Positions 9,334-19,727 are shown, counted from the stretch's first letter. The stretch is 64,000 bases of DNA from an uncultured Acidobacteriaceae bacterium (GCA_963710965.1 CAVQCP010000038.1:47157-111156); one strand, 5' to 3'. Made by a program: numbers and translations. Notes: generated by a model not told the origin, from the letters alone.

Positions 9334-10566
9334 ATGCAGAGTAAGAGTTGGTTGGTGTGTGTGTGTTTGGGGGGAGCGCTGGCCTGGGGACAGGCACAGC
9401 CGGAGGCATCGGCGCCTCCGAGCCCGGCGCAAGCTCCCGCAGGGGAGGCTACGAAAACGGCTCCGCCGGCCCCTGAAGTGGCGATGAATGCTGTAGTGCT
9501 GACGATTAAGGGCGTTTGCCCGGCTACCGCGACGGCAGCGAAGACCGCCGCTGGAACCAAGACCGCGACCGGCAAAACCGCGGCTGCCCACAAGCCGGCA
9601 GACTGCAAAACCGAACTTACGCGGGCGCAGTTTGAGAAAATCGAAAATGGCGTCTCGACCAATCCCACGCCGCAGTTGAAGCGGCAGCTGGAAAATGCTC
9701 TTCCTAAGTTTATGGCCATGTCCGAAGCCGCTAAAAAGAAGGGCATGGAGAACACCGAGTATTACAAGGAGAATCTGAAGATCGCCAAGATGCAGATTCT
9801 GACCAACGAACTGACGCACTCGGTGCAGGAGGAAGCGGAGAAGGTGCCAGCAGAGAAGATCAAGGAATATTACGATCAGAATCCTGAGGCCTACGAGCAA
9901 TTCTCTCTCGACCGGCTATTCATTCCCAAGCATAAGACGGTGACCGCCGAAGAAAAGAAGGAAGACGCGGACGACGAGAAGAAAGACGCGAACCTTACGC
10001 CGGAACAGCAGGAAGAAAAGCAGAAGGCCAAAGAAGCCGAGGAAAAGGCCAAGCAGGAGCAAGGTGACGAAGAACTGAGCAAGTTAGCCGATGCCCTGCA
10101 AAAACGAGCCGCGGCCGGCGAAGACTTCACCGCACTGCAGAAAGAGGCCTTCGATGCGGCGGGCTCGAAAGTGGAGAATCCGAAGGTGAACCTGCCTAAA
10201 GTACGGCGTACGGGATTGCCTCCGGCGCACGCCGCAGTGTTCGAATTGAAAGTAGGCGAAGTATCGCAGGTGATCAGCGACAACGGCGGACACTATGTCT
10301 ACAAGGTGGTGAGCAAGGAAGTGCTTCCGCTGGATGATCAGATCAGCGGCGAGATCCATAACAAGTTGAAGAACGAACAACTGAAGGCGATGATGGCGGT
10401 GTACACTGATTCGTACCAGGCGGTTCCGAATGAAGCGTATTTTGGACCGCCGCAGGCGCCGACGCCGCCGCGTATGCGTCCTGGCATGAATATGCCGCCG
10501 CAGGGGGCAGCAGGACGGCCCGGATCAGCACCACCGGCCTCGGCTCCTCCGTCGAAGCCCAACTAA
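9334..10566 (+). CDS. secreted SurA-like / parvulin (PpiC)-type peptidylprolyl isomerase with a K/E-rich insert
   Basis: Signal peptide, a SurA-like N-domain, and a C-terminal ...FELKVGEVSQVISDNGGHYVYKV parvulin-like end. GGAGGA lies 7 nt before the ATG. Confidence 0.55.
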   Translation: MQSKSWLVCVCLGGALAWGQAQPEASAPPSPAQAPAGEATKTAPPAPEVAMNAVVLTIKGVCPATATAAKTAAGTKTATGKTAAAHKPADCKTELTRAQFEKIENGVSTNPTPQLKRQLENALPKFMAMSEAAKKKGMENTEYYKENLKIAKMQILTNELTHSVQEEAEKVPAEKIKEYYDQNPEAYEQFSLDRLFIPKHKTVTAEEKKEDADDEKKDANLTPEQQEEKQKAKEAEEKAKQEQGDEELSKLADALQKRAAAGEDFTALQKEAFDAAGSKVENPKVNLPKVRRTGLPPAHAAVFELKVGEVSQVISDNGGHYVYKVVSKEVLPLDDQISGEIHNKLKNEQLKAMMAVYTDSYQAVPNEAYFGPPQAPTPPRMRPGMNMPPQGAAGRPGSAPPASAPPSKPN

Positions 10567-11645
10567 TGGCGAACGCTCGTCCTGTTGTGGTGGTCACCGG
10601 CGTGTCGGGCAATCTGGGAACCAGATTGCTCCCACGGCTGGGGGACTACTCCGTGATTGGGGTGGACGTAAGTCCACCCCGTACCGACCTTCCCTTGCAA
10701 TTTGAGCGGCTCGATCTGGGCACGGAATCGTCTACCCGGCCACTGTTCGAATTGCTGCGCGATACGCGGCCGGTTTCGGTGGTCCATCTCGCGTTTGTCA
10801 TCGATCCGGTGCGCACCGGGGTGCTGGATGTGGAGCGCATGTGGCAGATCAATGTGGCGGGGACGGCGCGGTTGATGGAGGCGATTACGGAGGCCAATCG
10901 CATCGCCGAGTCGCCGATCCGGCAATTTATTTTTCCCAGCAGCGTCTCCGCCTATGGGCCGAACCTGCCGGCAGCGGCCATGGAAGATTCTCCGCTGGCG
11001 GCGCACACCCTGCCTTACGCAATCCATAAGAAACAATCGGACGAAGTAGTGCAGCAGCGCGCCTCGGCCTTGCGGGGATGCAGCGTTTACATTCTGCGGC
11101 CGCATATTTTTGCCGGCGCCAGCGTGGAAAATTATTTGCTGGGAGCTTTTCGCGGCACGCCGAACGGCAAGGGGGAGCGGGCGCAGAAGATGCGCAGCGA
11201 AGGCAAGCGTCTGCCCTGCATGATGCCCCGCGGGCAGAAGTATCTTGACCACAAAATCCAGTTCGTCCACGTGGATGACATGGCGCGGCTGCTGGCGCAT
11301 ATGCTGCACCGCGATCCGGAGTCGCAACGGCTGACAATTCTGAACGTCGCCGGGCGCGGCGAGCCTCTCACTTTCGGCCGCTGCATCGAGATGGCGCAAG
11401 CGAAACTGGTGCGCGTCCCGGGAAAATGGGCGATGAAGCTGGTGCTGGAATTTTTGTGGAAGTGGCAAATCTCCGCGATCCCGCCGGAAGCGCTGCCTTA
11501 CATGACCGGCGAATACATCATGAACACCGACCGGTTGCGCACTTTTCTGGGCAGCGAGTACGAGAAGGTGATGCAGTACACCGTGACGGATGCGTTCGCG
11601 GATAGCTTCAAGAGCGAATTACTTTCGCACTCCCCGCCAGCTTGA
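10566..11645 (+). CDS. NAD-dependent epimerase/dehydratase (extended SDR)
   Basis: VVVTGVSGNLGTRL Rossmann motif near the N-terminus. Confidence 0.8.
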   Translation: MANARPVVVVTGVSGNLGTRLLPRLGDYSVIGVDVSPPRTDLPLQFERLDLGTESSTRPLFELLRDTRPVSVVHLAFVIDPVRTGVLDVERMWQINVAGTARLMEAITEANRIAESPIRQFIFPSSVSAYGPNLPAAAMEDSPLAAHTLPYAIHKKQSDEVVQQRASALRGCSVYILRPHIFAGASVENYLLGAFRGTPNGKGERAQKMRSEGKRLPCMMPRGQKYLDHKIQFVHVDDMARLLAHMLHRDPESQRLTILNVAGRGEPLTFGRCIEMAQAKLVRVPGKWAMKLVLEFLWKWQISAIPPEALPYMTGEYIMNTDRLRTFLGSEYEKVMQYTVTDAFADSFKSELLSHSPPA

Positions 11646-11771
11646 ATCCGAGTTTTTGTGGGCTGGTCGAGCGCGCAGGGCGATCCCAGTGCCAAGACGG
11701 TAAGACCCCGCCCGCCACTTATAGCGAGCGGAGCCCTCCTCACATCTGCAGCGCTAGTGCTGTTGGCGCAG

Positions 11772-12428
11772 TTACGCCTTCCGCAGTTTACGCCGAGCCG
11801 CACCGAACAGTGACAACAAACCAGTACCGAGTAGAGTCATAGTTGCGGGCTCGGGAGCGACCATGGGGGTGTACGAAAAGAACTCCTGCGCAGCCATGCC
11901 CTTGCTCCCGGCGAGGGGCACATAGATCGACAGGCCGCGGTACGCGCTATTGGGATCGGTTCCCGCCAATGCCAGGTAATTCGCCGCAATGGCTCCCGCG
12001 CCGCTGCTCTGGTATTCCGGATTATTTAGCGCATTTTGGGAGAAGAATCCCCAAATGGCGTAGTTGCCCCCAACCGCATTCACGGAGCCCGTCGTAATGG
12101 CTTCGAAGATCAGGCCCGCGGCTTTGTAGTCGAGAGTGGCGTTGGGCTGTCCAGCAAATAATCCATGTTGGATGCCGTTCAGGAAGTTGGTGTATTGCAT
12201 GGCTTGCCAGGTTTCGCCGGGGGTGATCTCCCGGTCGTAACTATCGCAAATCAACGCCATCGACGCACTACCGCTGACGCTGAAGTAATAAGGGTAGGTG
12301 TAATATCCGCCACCCTGGTTGCCGTCCGTGCCAATGAAATGCATGGTGACTACGGAGTTGGCCAGTGCCGTGCCGGAACACAAGCTGAGACATACGGGCA
12401 AGAAAAGAAGCAGCGCAATTCGACGCAT
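11772..12428 (-). CDS. PEP-CTERM sorting-domain protein (paralog of 40045..40698)
   Basis: Signal peptide. The C-terminus VAPEPATMTLLGTGLLSLFGAARRKLRKA is PEP, then a TM helix, then a basic tail. Confidence 0.85.
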   Translation of the reverse strand: MRRIALLLFLPVCLSLCSGTALANSVVTMHFIGTDGNQGGGYYTYPYYFSVSGSASMALICDSYDREITPGETWQAMQYTNFLNGIQHGLFAGQPNATLDYKAAGLIFEAITTGSVNAVGGNYAIWGFFSQNALNNPEYQSSGAGAIAANYLALAGTDPNSAYRGLSIYVPLAGSKGMAAQEFFSYTPMVAPEPATMTLLGTGLLSLFGAARRKLRKA

Positions 12429-12695
12429 GGTATCCCCCAGTCAGTTTTAGTCGGGAAGCCCGCACGGGTGCCCGCCCTCTTCTGTACCCAACCCGGAGTC
12501 GTGTCGGCTCGGCATCCCGTGCCCCGCCAGCCTTACTATGAGTCGCGGAGGAGGGTCCGTAATCCCCCGAATGAGGTATTTTTCTTGCTTGCCGATTCAT
12601 GGTGCGGTTGCGCTCCAGCTTGTACGGACACAGATCTTGCCTGAAATATATTTCCGCGCGGATGGAATAAGACGCGCCCTCGGTTCGTTTACCCT

Positions 12696-13235
12696 ATGAG
12701 CGTGTCCGAAGAGCGGCCAAGCGCGGCGTCGTTTGAAGAGCTTGCCATGCCTTTGTTCGATCAGCTCTATAACTTCGCGCACTGGCTGACGCATGATCGA
12801 AGCGAAGCCGAAGACTTGGTGCAGGAAACTTATGCGAAAGGGCTGCGCGGCTTTTCTTCGTTTCGGCCGGGCACGAATTTTCGGGCGTGGATGTACCGCA
12901 TCCTCCGCAATTCGTTTCTCACCTCAAGGACCGGACTAAGAACAATGGCCGCGTTGGATGAAGAAATGGAGAGCCTGCCCGCCGATGTCGCCACCCCGGA
13001 GAGCCTGCTGATTGATCAATCGAACCGCGAGATGGTGCAGCAGGAGTTGGAAAGCTTGCCCGTGGCATTCCGCGAAATATTGCTGCTCTGCGAAGTAGAA
13101 GAGCTGTCGTATCAGGAGATGGCGGAGACGCTCGCGATTCCCATCGGGACGGTGATGTCGCGGTTGTCGCGCGCGCGCGCAGCGTTGCGAACCGCGCTGC
13201 GAAAAAGAATTGAGGGAGGCCGGCATGGCGTGTGA
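12696..13235 (+). CDS. ECF-type RNA polymerase sigma factor
   Basis: Sigma-70 region 2 (EDLVQETYAKGL...FRAWMYRILRN) and region 4 (LSYQEMAETLAIPIGTVMSRLSRAR). Confidence 0.9.
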   Translation: MSVSEERPSAASFEELAMPLFDQLYNFAHWLTHDRSEAEDLVQETYAKGLRGFSSFRPGTNFRAWMYRILRNSFLTSRTGLRTMAALDEEMESLPADVATPESLLIDQSNREMVQQELESLPVAFREILLLCEVEELSYQEMAETLAIPIGTVMSRLSRARAALRTALRKRIEGGRHGV

Positions 13236-13980
13236 ACGCTGGAGCGTTACCCCCCAACAGTTCGACCGCTACCTCGATGGCGAACTCGACGCGGCCGAGG
13301 CGCGGGATTTAAGCAGGCATCTGCGGGAGTGCGCATCGTGCGCCGCCGACGTGTTGGAGCGGGTGCAAGTAAAGCGAGCGGTGCACGCGGCGGGAAGACG
13401 CTACGAGCCGAGCGCGGAATTCCGGGCGAAGATGGCGAAGAGCGTGGCGGCCAGGCCGCGGCCACGAATGGCGCTCTTGCGAATCGCTTGGATTCCCGCG
13501 CTGGTCTTGTTGATTACGGCGTTTCTATTGTCTTCCTACCTGGGGCGGGAACGGGCGGCGCGGCAGCGCATCTACAGCGAACTGGCCGACCTGCACGTGG
13601 CTACGCTGGCCAGTTCGACTCCGGTCGATGTGGTTTCCTCCGACAAGCACACGGTGAAGCCGTGGTTTCAGGGGAAGATTCCGTTTACGTTTAACCTGCC
13701 GGAACTGGCGGGATCGGAGTTCACTTTAGTCGGCGGGCGAGTTGCCTATCTGGAGCAAGTCTCTGGTGCGCACCTGATCTATCAAATCCGGAAGCATGAA
13801 ATTTCCGTGTTTATTTTTCCCGAGAGCGCCGGTAGCATGCGCGGCTTGCCCGCGGGAACGACGAACGCAGCCTCGTTCAACTCCGATACATGGACACAAA
13901 ATGGATTGCGATATTTTGTGATTGGGGATGCCAGCGGGAGTGACATTCAGGCGCTAGTCAAATTGTTGCGGGGCGTATGA
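13225..13980 (+). CDS. anti-sigma factor (zf-HC2, single TM helix, periplasmic domain)
   Basis: HLRECASCAADV zinc-finger-like motif and a central TM helix. It overlaps the sigma gene stop by 11 nt. Confidence 0.75.
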   Translation: MACERWSVTPQQFDRYLDGELDAAEARDLSRHLRECASCAADVLERVQVKRAVHAAGRRYEPSAEFRAKMAKSVAARPRPRMALLRIAWIPALVLLITAFLLSSYLGRERAARQRIYSELADLHVATLASSTPVDVVSSDKHTVKPWFQGKIPFTFNLPELAGSEFTLVGGRVAYLEQVSGAHLIYQIRKHEISVFIFPESAGSMRGLPAGTTNAASFNSDTWTQNGLRYFVIGDASGSDIQALVKLLRGV

Positions 13981-13989
13981 GACAAGTCG

Positions 13990-14030
13990 TTACCACAGAA
14001 CTCACAGAGGAACAGTGATTCGTTCCTCAA
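13990..14030. repeat. family 2 short variant between the convergent anti-sigma and ubiE genes
   Basis: ACCACAGAACTCACAGAGGAACAGTGATTCGTTCCTC shares CACAGAGGAACA and GTGATTC with 60864..60933. It contains a 7-bp hairpin, GAGGAAC/GTTCCTC. Confidence 0.6.
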
Positions 14031-14031
14031 T

Positions 14032-14805
14032 CTATTTCTTGCCGCGATAGAGGCCAGCGATGCCAAACGTGTAGGGAGTCCAGGTGGCTTCACGAAAGCC
14101 GGCCTGGAGCATGCGTCCCTGCATTTCTTCCGAATCAGGAAAGCGTTCCACGGAATCAGGCAGATAAGCGTAGGGACCGCGGACGCCTGAAATCGCGGTG
14201 CCGATGCGGGGCAAGACTTGTTTGAAGTAAAAGCGATAGAGATGGCCGATGGCGCCCTTGGGCTCACTGAAATCGAGGATGCCGCATTCGCCCCCGGGCC
14301 GCAGCACGCGCACAATCTCGCGCAGCCCGGCATCGTAATCGGCGAGATTGCGGAAGCCGAAGGCGGAGGTCACCAGGCTGAAATGCCGGTCAGGAAAAGG
14401 CAGGTTGAGCGCGTCGGCTTCGATCCAGCGTGGTGCTGGACCGCTGTTGACGGCCGCGTTTACTTGAGTCTTCGCGTAGGCGCGTTGCAGCATGGCGTGC
14501 GAAAAATCCGCGCCGAGTATGTGCGCGGGGTTCTTTCCCGCTTGTTTGCGCAGCGCAAAGGTCATGTCGCCGGTGCCGCAGCAGAGATCGAGAATTCGCG
14601 CATCGGGCTGCGCGAGGATGGCCGCGAAAGAGCGCGCGGTGCGCCGCCACCACAAGCGATCGACGTTCAACGACAACACGTGATTGAGCAGGTCGTAGCG
14701 GGGCGCGATCGAGGTAAACATCTGGCGCACGGCGAGCGCGGCAGAAGCGGCGTCGGTTGCGCCTTGGGGAGCGGCGCCGATCACGGTTTTAGGTGAGGAC
14801 GACAA
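14032..14805 (-). CDS. ubiE: demethylmenaquinone/ubiquinone C-methyltransferase
   Basis: MFTSIAPRYDLLNHVLS and the SAM motif ILDLCCGTGD. TTG start immediately after the aroB stop. Confidence 0.9.
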   Translation of the reverse strand: MSSSPKTVIGAAPQGATDAASAALAVRQMFTSIAPRYDLLNHVLSLNVDRLWWRRTARSFAAILAQPDARILDLCCGTGDMTFALRKQAGKNPAHILGADFSHAMLQRAYAKTQVNAAVNSGPAPRWIEADALNLPFPDRHFSLVTSAFGFRNLADYDAGLREIVRVLRPGGECGILDFSEPKGAIGHLYRFYFKQVLPRIGTAISGVRGPYAYLPDSVERFPDSEEMQGRMLQAGFREATWTPYTFGIAGLYRGKK

Positions 14806-14806
14806 T

Positions 14807-15916
14807 TCACTTTCCCCAGCCGCCGCGCGACAGGCGGCGCAATTCTTCGACGGCGGCGATCACCACGTGATCCGGCACGTCCGCGGCGATTTCGACCTTT
14901 CCAATTTCGCGAGGCAAGACGAAATGCACGACACCGCCTTGGGTCTTCTTGTCGGCCTGAAGGCGTGCCAGAACCTTGTGCGCACTCACTTTTATCTCGG
15001 GCAGGCGGCCCAGGCTTAGCACGGCGTCGGCAATGCGGCCTGCGGTGACGCTGTCGGTGCGTCCGACCGTGAGGGCGATGTTGGTGGCGGCGATCATGCC
15101 CCAGGCGACGGCCTCGCCGTGCAGCAGGGTCTTGTATCCGGTCTCGGCTTCGAGCGCGTGGCCGATGGTGTGGCCCAGATTCAAGACGCGGCGCAGGCCA
15201 CCCTCGTGCTCGTCGGCGGAGACAACTTCCGCTTTCAACTTCACCGCCTGGGCGATGATGCCTTCGATCTCCACCGGATCACGCTTGAGAATCTGCGCGC
15301 GCTTGGTTTCGAAGCGCAAGAAAAGATCGAGATCGCCGATGATGCCGCACTTGAGAGCTTCATAGAGCCCGGCGCGGAATTCACGACTGCTCAAGGTGCT
15401 CAGCATTTCGGGATCGATGAGCACGGTGCGGGGATGATAGAACGTGCCCAGCAGGTTCTTCCCTGCCCCGAGATTGACTCCGTTCTTGCCGCCAATCGAG
15501 GCATCGACTTGGGCGAGGAATGTGGTGGGAATTTGCACCAGTTCGACGCCACGCATGTAGAGCGAAGCCAGCAGTCCGGTGACGTCGCCAACCACGCCTC
15601 CGCCAAACGCGATGAGCACGGCCTTGCGATCGGCGCCCATGCGGGCGAGGCGTTCGGCCATTAGTTCGATGGTGCGCAGTTTCTTGGCGGGCTCGCCGTC
15701 GGGCATCAAGACGACTTGCGGTTTGAATCCGGCAGCGGTGAGAGAGCGAACCAGCTTACCGCCCCAACGCCGGCGTACGGGAAGAACTGTGACTACAAAT
15801 AATTTGCTGGCCTGGGGCAAGAGCTCCGCGAGTAAATTTCCGGAGCGCGTGAGTAAACCGTTTTCGATGCGGGCCTGATAGGGCCGCGGCGGGACATGTA
15901 TGGTGACTTGCGCCAT
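14807..15916 (-). CDS. aroB: 3-dehydroquinate synthase
   Basis: GGGVVGDVTG, ...DASIGGKNGVN..., HTIGHALE motifs. Confidence 0.9.
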   Translation of the reverse strand: MAQVTIHVPPRPYQARIENGLLTRSGNLLAELLPQASKLFVVTVLPVRRRWGGKLVRSLTAAGFKPQVVLMPDGEPAKKLRTIELMAERLARMGADRKAVLIAFGGGVVGDVTGLLASLYMRGVELVQIPTTFLAQVDASIGGKNGVNLGAGKNLLGTFYHPRTVLIDPEMLSTLSSREFRAGLYEALKCGIIGDLDLFLRFETKRAQILKRDPVEIEGIIAQAVKLKAEVVSADEHEGGLRRVLNLGHTIGHALEAETGYKTLLHGEAVAWGMIAATNIALTVGRTDSVTAGRIADAVLSLGRLPEIKVSAHKVLARLQADKKTQGGVVHFVLPREIGKVEIAADVPDHVVIAAVEELRRLSRGGWGK

Positions 15917-16031
15917 TGGAATTCCATCATAACGTATCGCAGACGCCGGTTTGGATGGGAACTGCGTGGTTTCATTGCGCGCACGGCGCCGAGAGCCAGA
16001 CGCGCCAGGGACAGCCGTCCGTACGCTGGCG

Positions 16032-16976
16032 CTACTTCTTGCTGGCGCTGCTCTTCGCGGCTTCTATTCTTGGTGGAGATAGGAGGGACGCTAGCATAGA
16101 GACGGCCAGCACCGCCGCCACTAGCAACAGTGTGATGTGGGTGGGGATCGGGAAGCGATCGGCGACGATCATCTTCAGACCTATCAGCACCAGCACCAAC
16201 GCCAGCCCGCTGTTAAGAAAGCGGAAGACTTTCATCAATCCAGCGACCGCGAAATACATGGAACGGAGGCTGATAATCGCGAAAACATTGGAGGTGTAAA
16301 CGATGAAGGCGTTGAGCGTGACGGCCAGCACGGCGGGGATCGAGTCGACGGCGAAGAGGAGGTCCGTGGTTTCGATGACGATCAGAACGATCAGCAACGG
16401 CGTGGCGTAGAGGCCGGTATTTCCTCTCCACCCGCGAACAAAAAAATGCCCGTCCTGATAATCGCTGGTAACGGGAACGATAAGGCGCAGGGCCTTGACC
16501 GCCGGATTCTTAGCGGGATCAACTTTATGCTCTCCAGCCAGGCCGAGGCGGATGCCGCTATAGATGAGCAGTGCGCCAAAGCAGTAAAGAATCCAATGGA
16601 AGCGGTGGATTAAGCCGACGCCGGTAAGAATGAAGCAGCCGCGCATGAGCAATGCGCCGAGGATTCCCCAGAAAAGCACGCGATGCTGATATGGCTCAGG
16701 CACGGCGAAATAGCGGAAGATCACGAGAAACAGAAACAGATTGTCGACGCTGAGTGAGAGTTCGAGAATGTAACCGGTCACGAATTCGAGCGCGACCTGG
16801 CGGCCTTGCCAGAAGAAGACGAGGGCGGCAAAGGCGGCGGCGAGAGCGACCCATAACGCGCTCCAGGCGAGGGCTTCGCGCGAACGCATGACTTGGCCGC
16901 GGCGGTGAAAGACCATGAGGTCCAACCCCAGCATGCCCAGCGCGAACAGGTTAAAGAGAATCCAGAAATAGAGCAA
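16032..16976 (-). CDS. TerC-family integral membrane protein
   Basis: LELSLSVDNLFLF and TDLLFAVDSIPAV, the paired TerC motifs. TTG start. Confidence 0.85.
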   Translation of the reverse strand: MLYFWILFNLFALGMLGLDLMVFHRRGQVMRSREALAWSALWVALAAAFAALVFFWQGRQVALEFVTGYILELSLSVDNLFLFLVIFRYFAVPEPYQHRVLFWGILGALLMRGCFILTGVGLIHRFHWILYCFGALLIYSGIRLGLAGEHKVDPAKNPAVKALRLIVPVTSDYQDGHFFVRGWRGNTGLYATPLLIVLIVIETTDLLFAVDSIPAVLAVTLNAFIVYTSNVFAIISLRSMYFAVAGLMKVFRFLNSGLALVLVLIGLKMIVADRFPIPTHITLLLVAAVLAVSMLASLLSPPRIEAAKSSASKK

Positions 16977-17152
16977 ATGCCCGCCCCTAGTGATGCAAGA
17001 ATTGCTGCTGGTTGATGGAAAGCCTACGATATCGGATTTTCAACAACAATCAAAAAGCAACCATCCAGAATCAGCAACTAGCAAGCGCCAAATGCGGCGG
17101 CCGGGGTGCATTTGGTCCAGAATGGAAGTTTCTCCGGTAATAATTCGCAGAA

Positions 17153-17182
17153 CAAAAAGGCCCTCGCTCGGAAGCAAGGGCC
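17153..17182 (-). terminator. probable rho-independent terminator after the GloVer-repeat gene
   Basis: On the minus strand, GGCCCT-TGCTTCCGAGCG-AGGGCC followed by TTTTTGTT. Confidence 0.6.
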
Positions 17183-17232
17183 GCAGTCTTTTGATTCTGG
17201 ATTCTGATCGATCATGCTCGATCGATCGTGCT

Positions 17233-18492
17233 CTAGGGAATAATCTCGTAGACCAAACCATAGCCGCCGGCACTGCCTCCGCCGAGAGTTGTGCCGTACA
17301 GGTTGCCCGCAGAATCCAGGGTGACGCCGGAAAAGGGCGCAGCACCGTCCGTGCCGACGCCGAACGCGTGGACCAGTTTCTCGGTCCAATGGCCGCCTGC
17401 GGAGGGCGAAAGCTCAAAGACGATGCCTGCCCCGTGAGCTCCACCCTGAAGCGTGGTGCCGTACAGATTGCCGGAGGAGTCGAAAACGAGCTGCTCTTCT
17501 TCCGGCTGGAAGCCGTAGTTTCCGCCTTCGAAATTGTGCAGAATGTCTTCGCTGAAAACACCGCCGGAAGCAGGCGACAACTCGAAGACAGTGCCGTAAC
17601 CCTTGGTGCCACCGCCCGAGGTGGTGCCGTACAAATTGCCGGCGGAATCGAAGACGAGGCTGGAGAGCGGATAGATTCCGTCGTTGCTGCTGCTGCCGAA
17701 TTTATACAGAATGGTTTCCGTCCATTCGCCGCCGGCGGGCGACAATTCGAACGCGGTGCCGTAGTTGTTCACGCCGCCGTTGGCGGTGGTGCCATACAAG
17801 TTGCCAAGAGAGTCGAAGATGAGCGCCCCATTGGGATTGGCGCCATCAGTACCAGCTCCAAAGTCCCATAGAACGGTCTCGTTCCAGCCGCCGCCTGCGG
17901 CTGGCGAAAGCTCGTAGGCAACGCCTTTTTGGCTGTCGCCGCCCTGGACTGTGGTGCCGTAGAGATTGCCTTCGGGGTCGAAGATCAATCCCGCTTCAGG
18001 GCTGGCACCGTCGGCGGAGGGGGAACCAATTTTTCCCTCAAAATCGTAGAGGATGGATTCCGTCCATTTGCCGCCTCCCGCGGGCGACAACTCGTAGACC
18101 GTGCCGACGTTGCTAGTGCCACCGGCCAGCGTAGTGCCATAAAGATTGCCGGCGGAATCGAAGATCAAATTCAGGAGTGGAGTTTTGCCATCGTCGATCT
18201 TGGTATTGCCAAAATTATGCAGCACGGTCTCGGTCCAGCCGCCGCCAGCGTTCTTTGAAAGCATGAATGCGATGCCGCCGTTGTACACTCCACCAGATTG
18301 AGCCACGCCGTACAGGTTTCCTGCGGCATCGAAGATTACGGGGCCGGCAGGTTCGTTGCCGCGCGTGTCGTTGAAAGAGTGCAGTTGTTTTTCCGTATCC
18401 GCGCCCTGAGCCGCGGCGCTGAATAGCAGAAGCAGCAAGATTAAAGCGGATGCCTGGTGTGTACGAACGAAGCGAAGTGATTGCGTTCTCAT
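17233..18492 (-). CDS. secreted GloVer (Gloeo_Verruco) tandem-repeat protein
   Basis: Signal peptide followed by about 8 repeats of ...D.AGNLYGTT..GG..G.G.V[FY]ELSP..GG.W.E..L. AGGAG lies 6 nt before the ATG. Confidence 0.75.
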   Translation of the reverse strand: MRTQSLRFVRTHQASALILLLLLFSAAAQGADTEKQLHSFNDTRGNEPAGPVIFDAAGNLYGVAQSGGVYNGGIAFMLSKNAGGGWTETVLHNFGNTKIDDGKTPLLNLIFDSAGNLYGTTLAGGTSNVGTVYELSPAGGGKWTESILYDFEGKIGSPSADGASPEAGLIFDPEGNLYGTTVQGGDSQKGVAYELSPAAGGGWNETVLWDFGAGTDGANPNGALIFDSLGNLYGTTANGGVNNYGTAFELSPAGGEWTETILYKFGSSSNDGIYPLSSLVFDSAGNLYGTTSGGGTKGYGTVFELSPASGGVFSEDILHNFEGGNYGFQPEEEQLVFDSSGNLYGTTLQGGAHGAGIVFELSPSAGGHWTEKLVHAFGVGTDGAAPFSGVTLDSAGNLYGTTLGGGSAGGYGLVYEIIP

Positions 18493-18716
18493 GTTTACTC
18501 CTACTCAGGAAGAGCTTGGCCGCGCGGGGGTTGCGGTGGTTTACGATCTTGGTCGTTGGCTGATGAGAGCCATCTTCTGAAATCCACAGGATTTCGTAGG
18601 GAAGGATTGTACACCCGGAAAGTTTTTTGGCAGTGAAATTTTCGGACATCGGTTGACTCTGGGTAAAAAGGCTTCAGATGGGCGAGAGGACCGGAAATCC
18701 GGAGGAGACTTTCTTC

Positions 18717-19727
18717 TTACTTCGGCGGAAGTTGATCCATTTTGTCGAGGATGGCCACCGTCTCCAGGATGGTGGCGCCTACAATTTCGAGGCTCTTCGG
18801 ACTCAACTTGTCGACCGTGTCTTGCGTGGTGTGCCAGAAGACATCGTTATAGCCGTAGTCGAAATCAATAAGATCGGCGGAGGGCACGCCGCGCTTGACG
18901 AAGGGTAGATGATCGTCGCTGACCTCCATGGTGCGGGCGAAAAAGTGCGATTGATAACCCAGGCGGGAAGCGGCTTCATAAACAACTTCTTCCAGCCACG
19001 GCGTGGAATTCGAATCGCGCTCAATGTTGAGATCGGTGTCTCCGATCATATCGGCCAACAGGAATGCTTTGATTTTTTTCAGCGTGCCATCGGCTTCCCA
19101 CTTTTCTTCGAGATGCCGGATGCCATAGAGGCTGTCGGCGTCGCTCCACGTCTTGACGGCCTCTTCGGCATCGTCCCAGACCAGCCAAATGCTGTACCCA
19201 GGGTTCGGCTTGCCGCGAAGCTGGTTGGCGATTTCCAGCAGAAGTGCGCTGGAGGAGCCGCCATCATTGGCACCGACATAGGAAGTATTGCGGAAGGGAT
19301 AGTTGGTATCGTAGTGGCTGGCGATGACAATGATGCCGTCTTTCGCTCCGGGAAATTTCGCGACGATGTTGTGAACCGGAAATTTGCCTTCGGGGGTGTC
19401 GGCGGCGAAGACGTTGTTTTCAACAGAGTCGTTCTTGAGATGGGAGAGTAGGTAGTCCTCAACCTTTTTATGATTGGCGCTGCCGATGGGACGCGGGCCG
19501 TAGGCCACGATTTCTTTCACATACTGCATGGCGCGGGCGGAATCGAAGGCGGGCGGCGGACCGGCAGCGGCGGGCAAAGATAATTTCGGAAGAGTGGTAT
19601 CGGCTGGCAGTTGAGCTGGGCTCTGCGCATCGGCGGAGGTTGATTCCTTCTCCCGATCGTTCTGGCAGCACAGTAGCGCGGTGGACAACGCCAGGAACAG
19701 AAGCGGCAGTAGATTTTTCTTACTCAT
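18717..19727 (-). CDS. M28-family aminopeptidase (glutaminyl-cyclase-like)
   Basis: Signal peptide. ...IASHYDT..., ANDGGSSSALLLE, ...LADMIGD..., DDHLPF motifs of M28. Confidence 0.85.
   Translation of the reverse strand: MSKKNLLPLLFLALSTALLCCQNDREKESTSADAQSPAQLPADTTLPKLSLPAAAGPPPAFDSARAMQYVKEIVAYGPRPIGSANHKKVEDYLLSHLKNDSVENNVFAADTPEGKFPVHNIVAKFPGAKDGIIVIASHYDTNYPFRNTSYVGANDGGSSSALLLEIANQLRGKPNPGYSIWLVWDDAEEAVKTWSDADSLYGIRHLEEKWEADGTLKKIKAFLLADMIGDTDLNIERDSNSTPWLEEVVYEAASRLGYQSHFFARTMEVSDDHLPFVKRGVPSADLIDFDYGYNDVFWHTTQDTVDKLSPKSLEIVGATILETVAILDKMDQLPPK

Noticed and set aside
16977-17152. A possible yybP-ykoY (Mn) riboswitch in the 5' leader of the TerC gene.
   Set aside because: I reverse-complemented the leader and looked for the conserved GGGGAGUAG ... 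GAGAGAC-type cores. I found only loose fragments (CCGGAGAAAC, GGGGCGGGCA). This is unsupported without a covariance-model scan.
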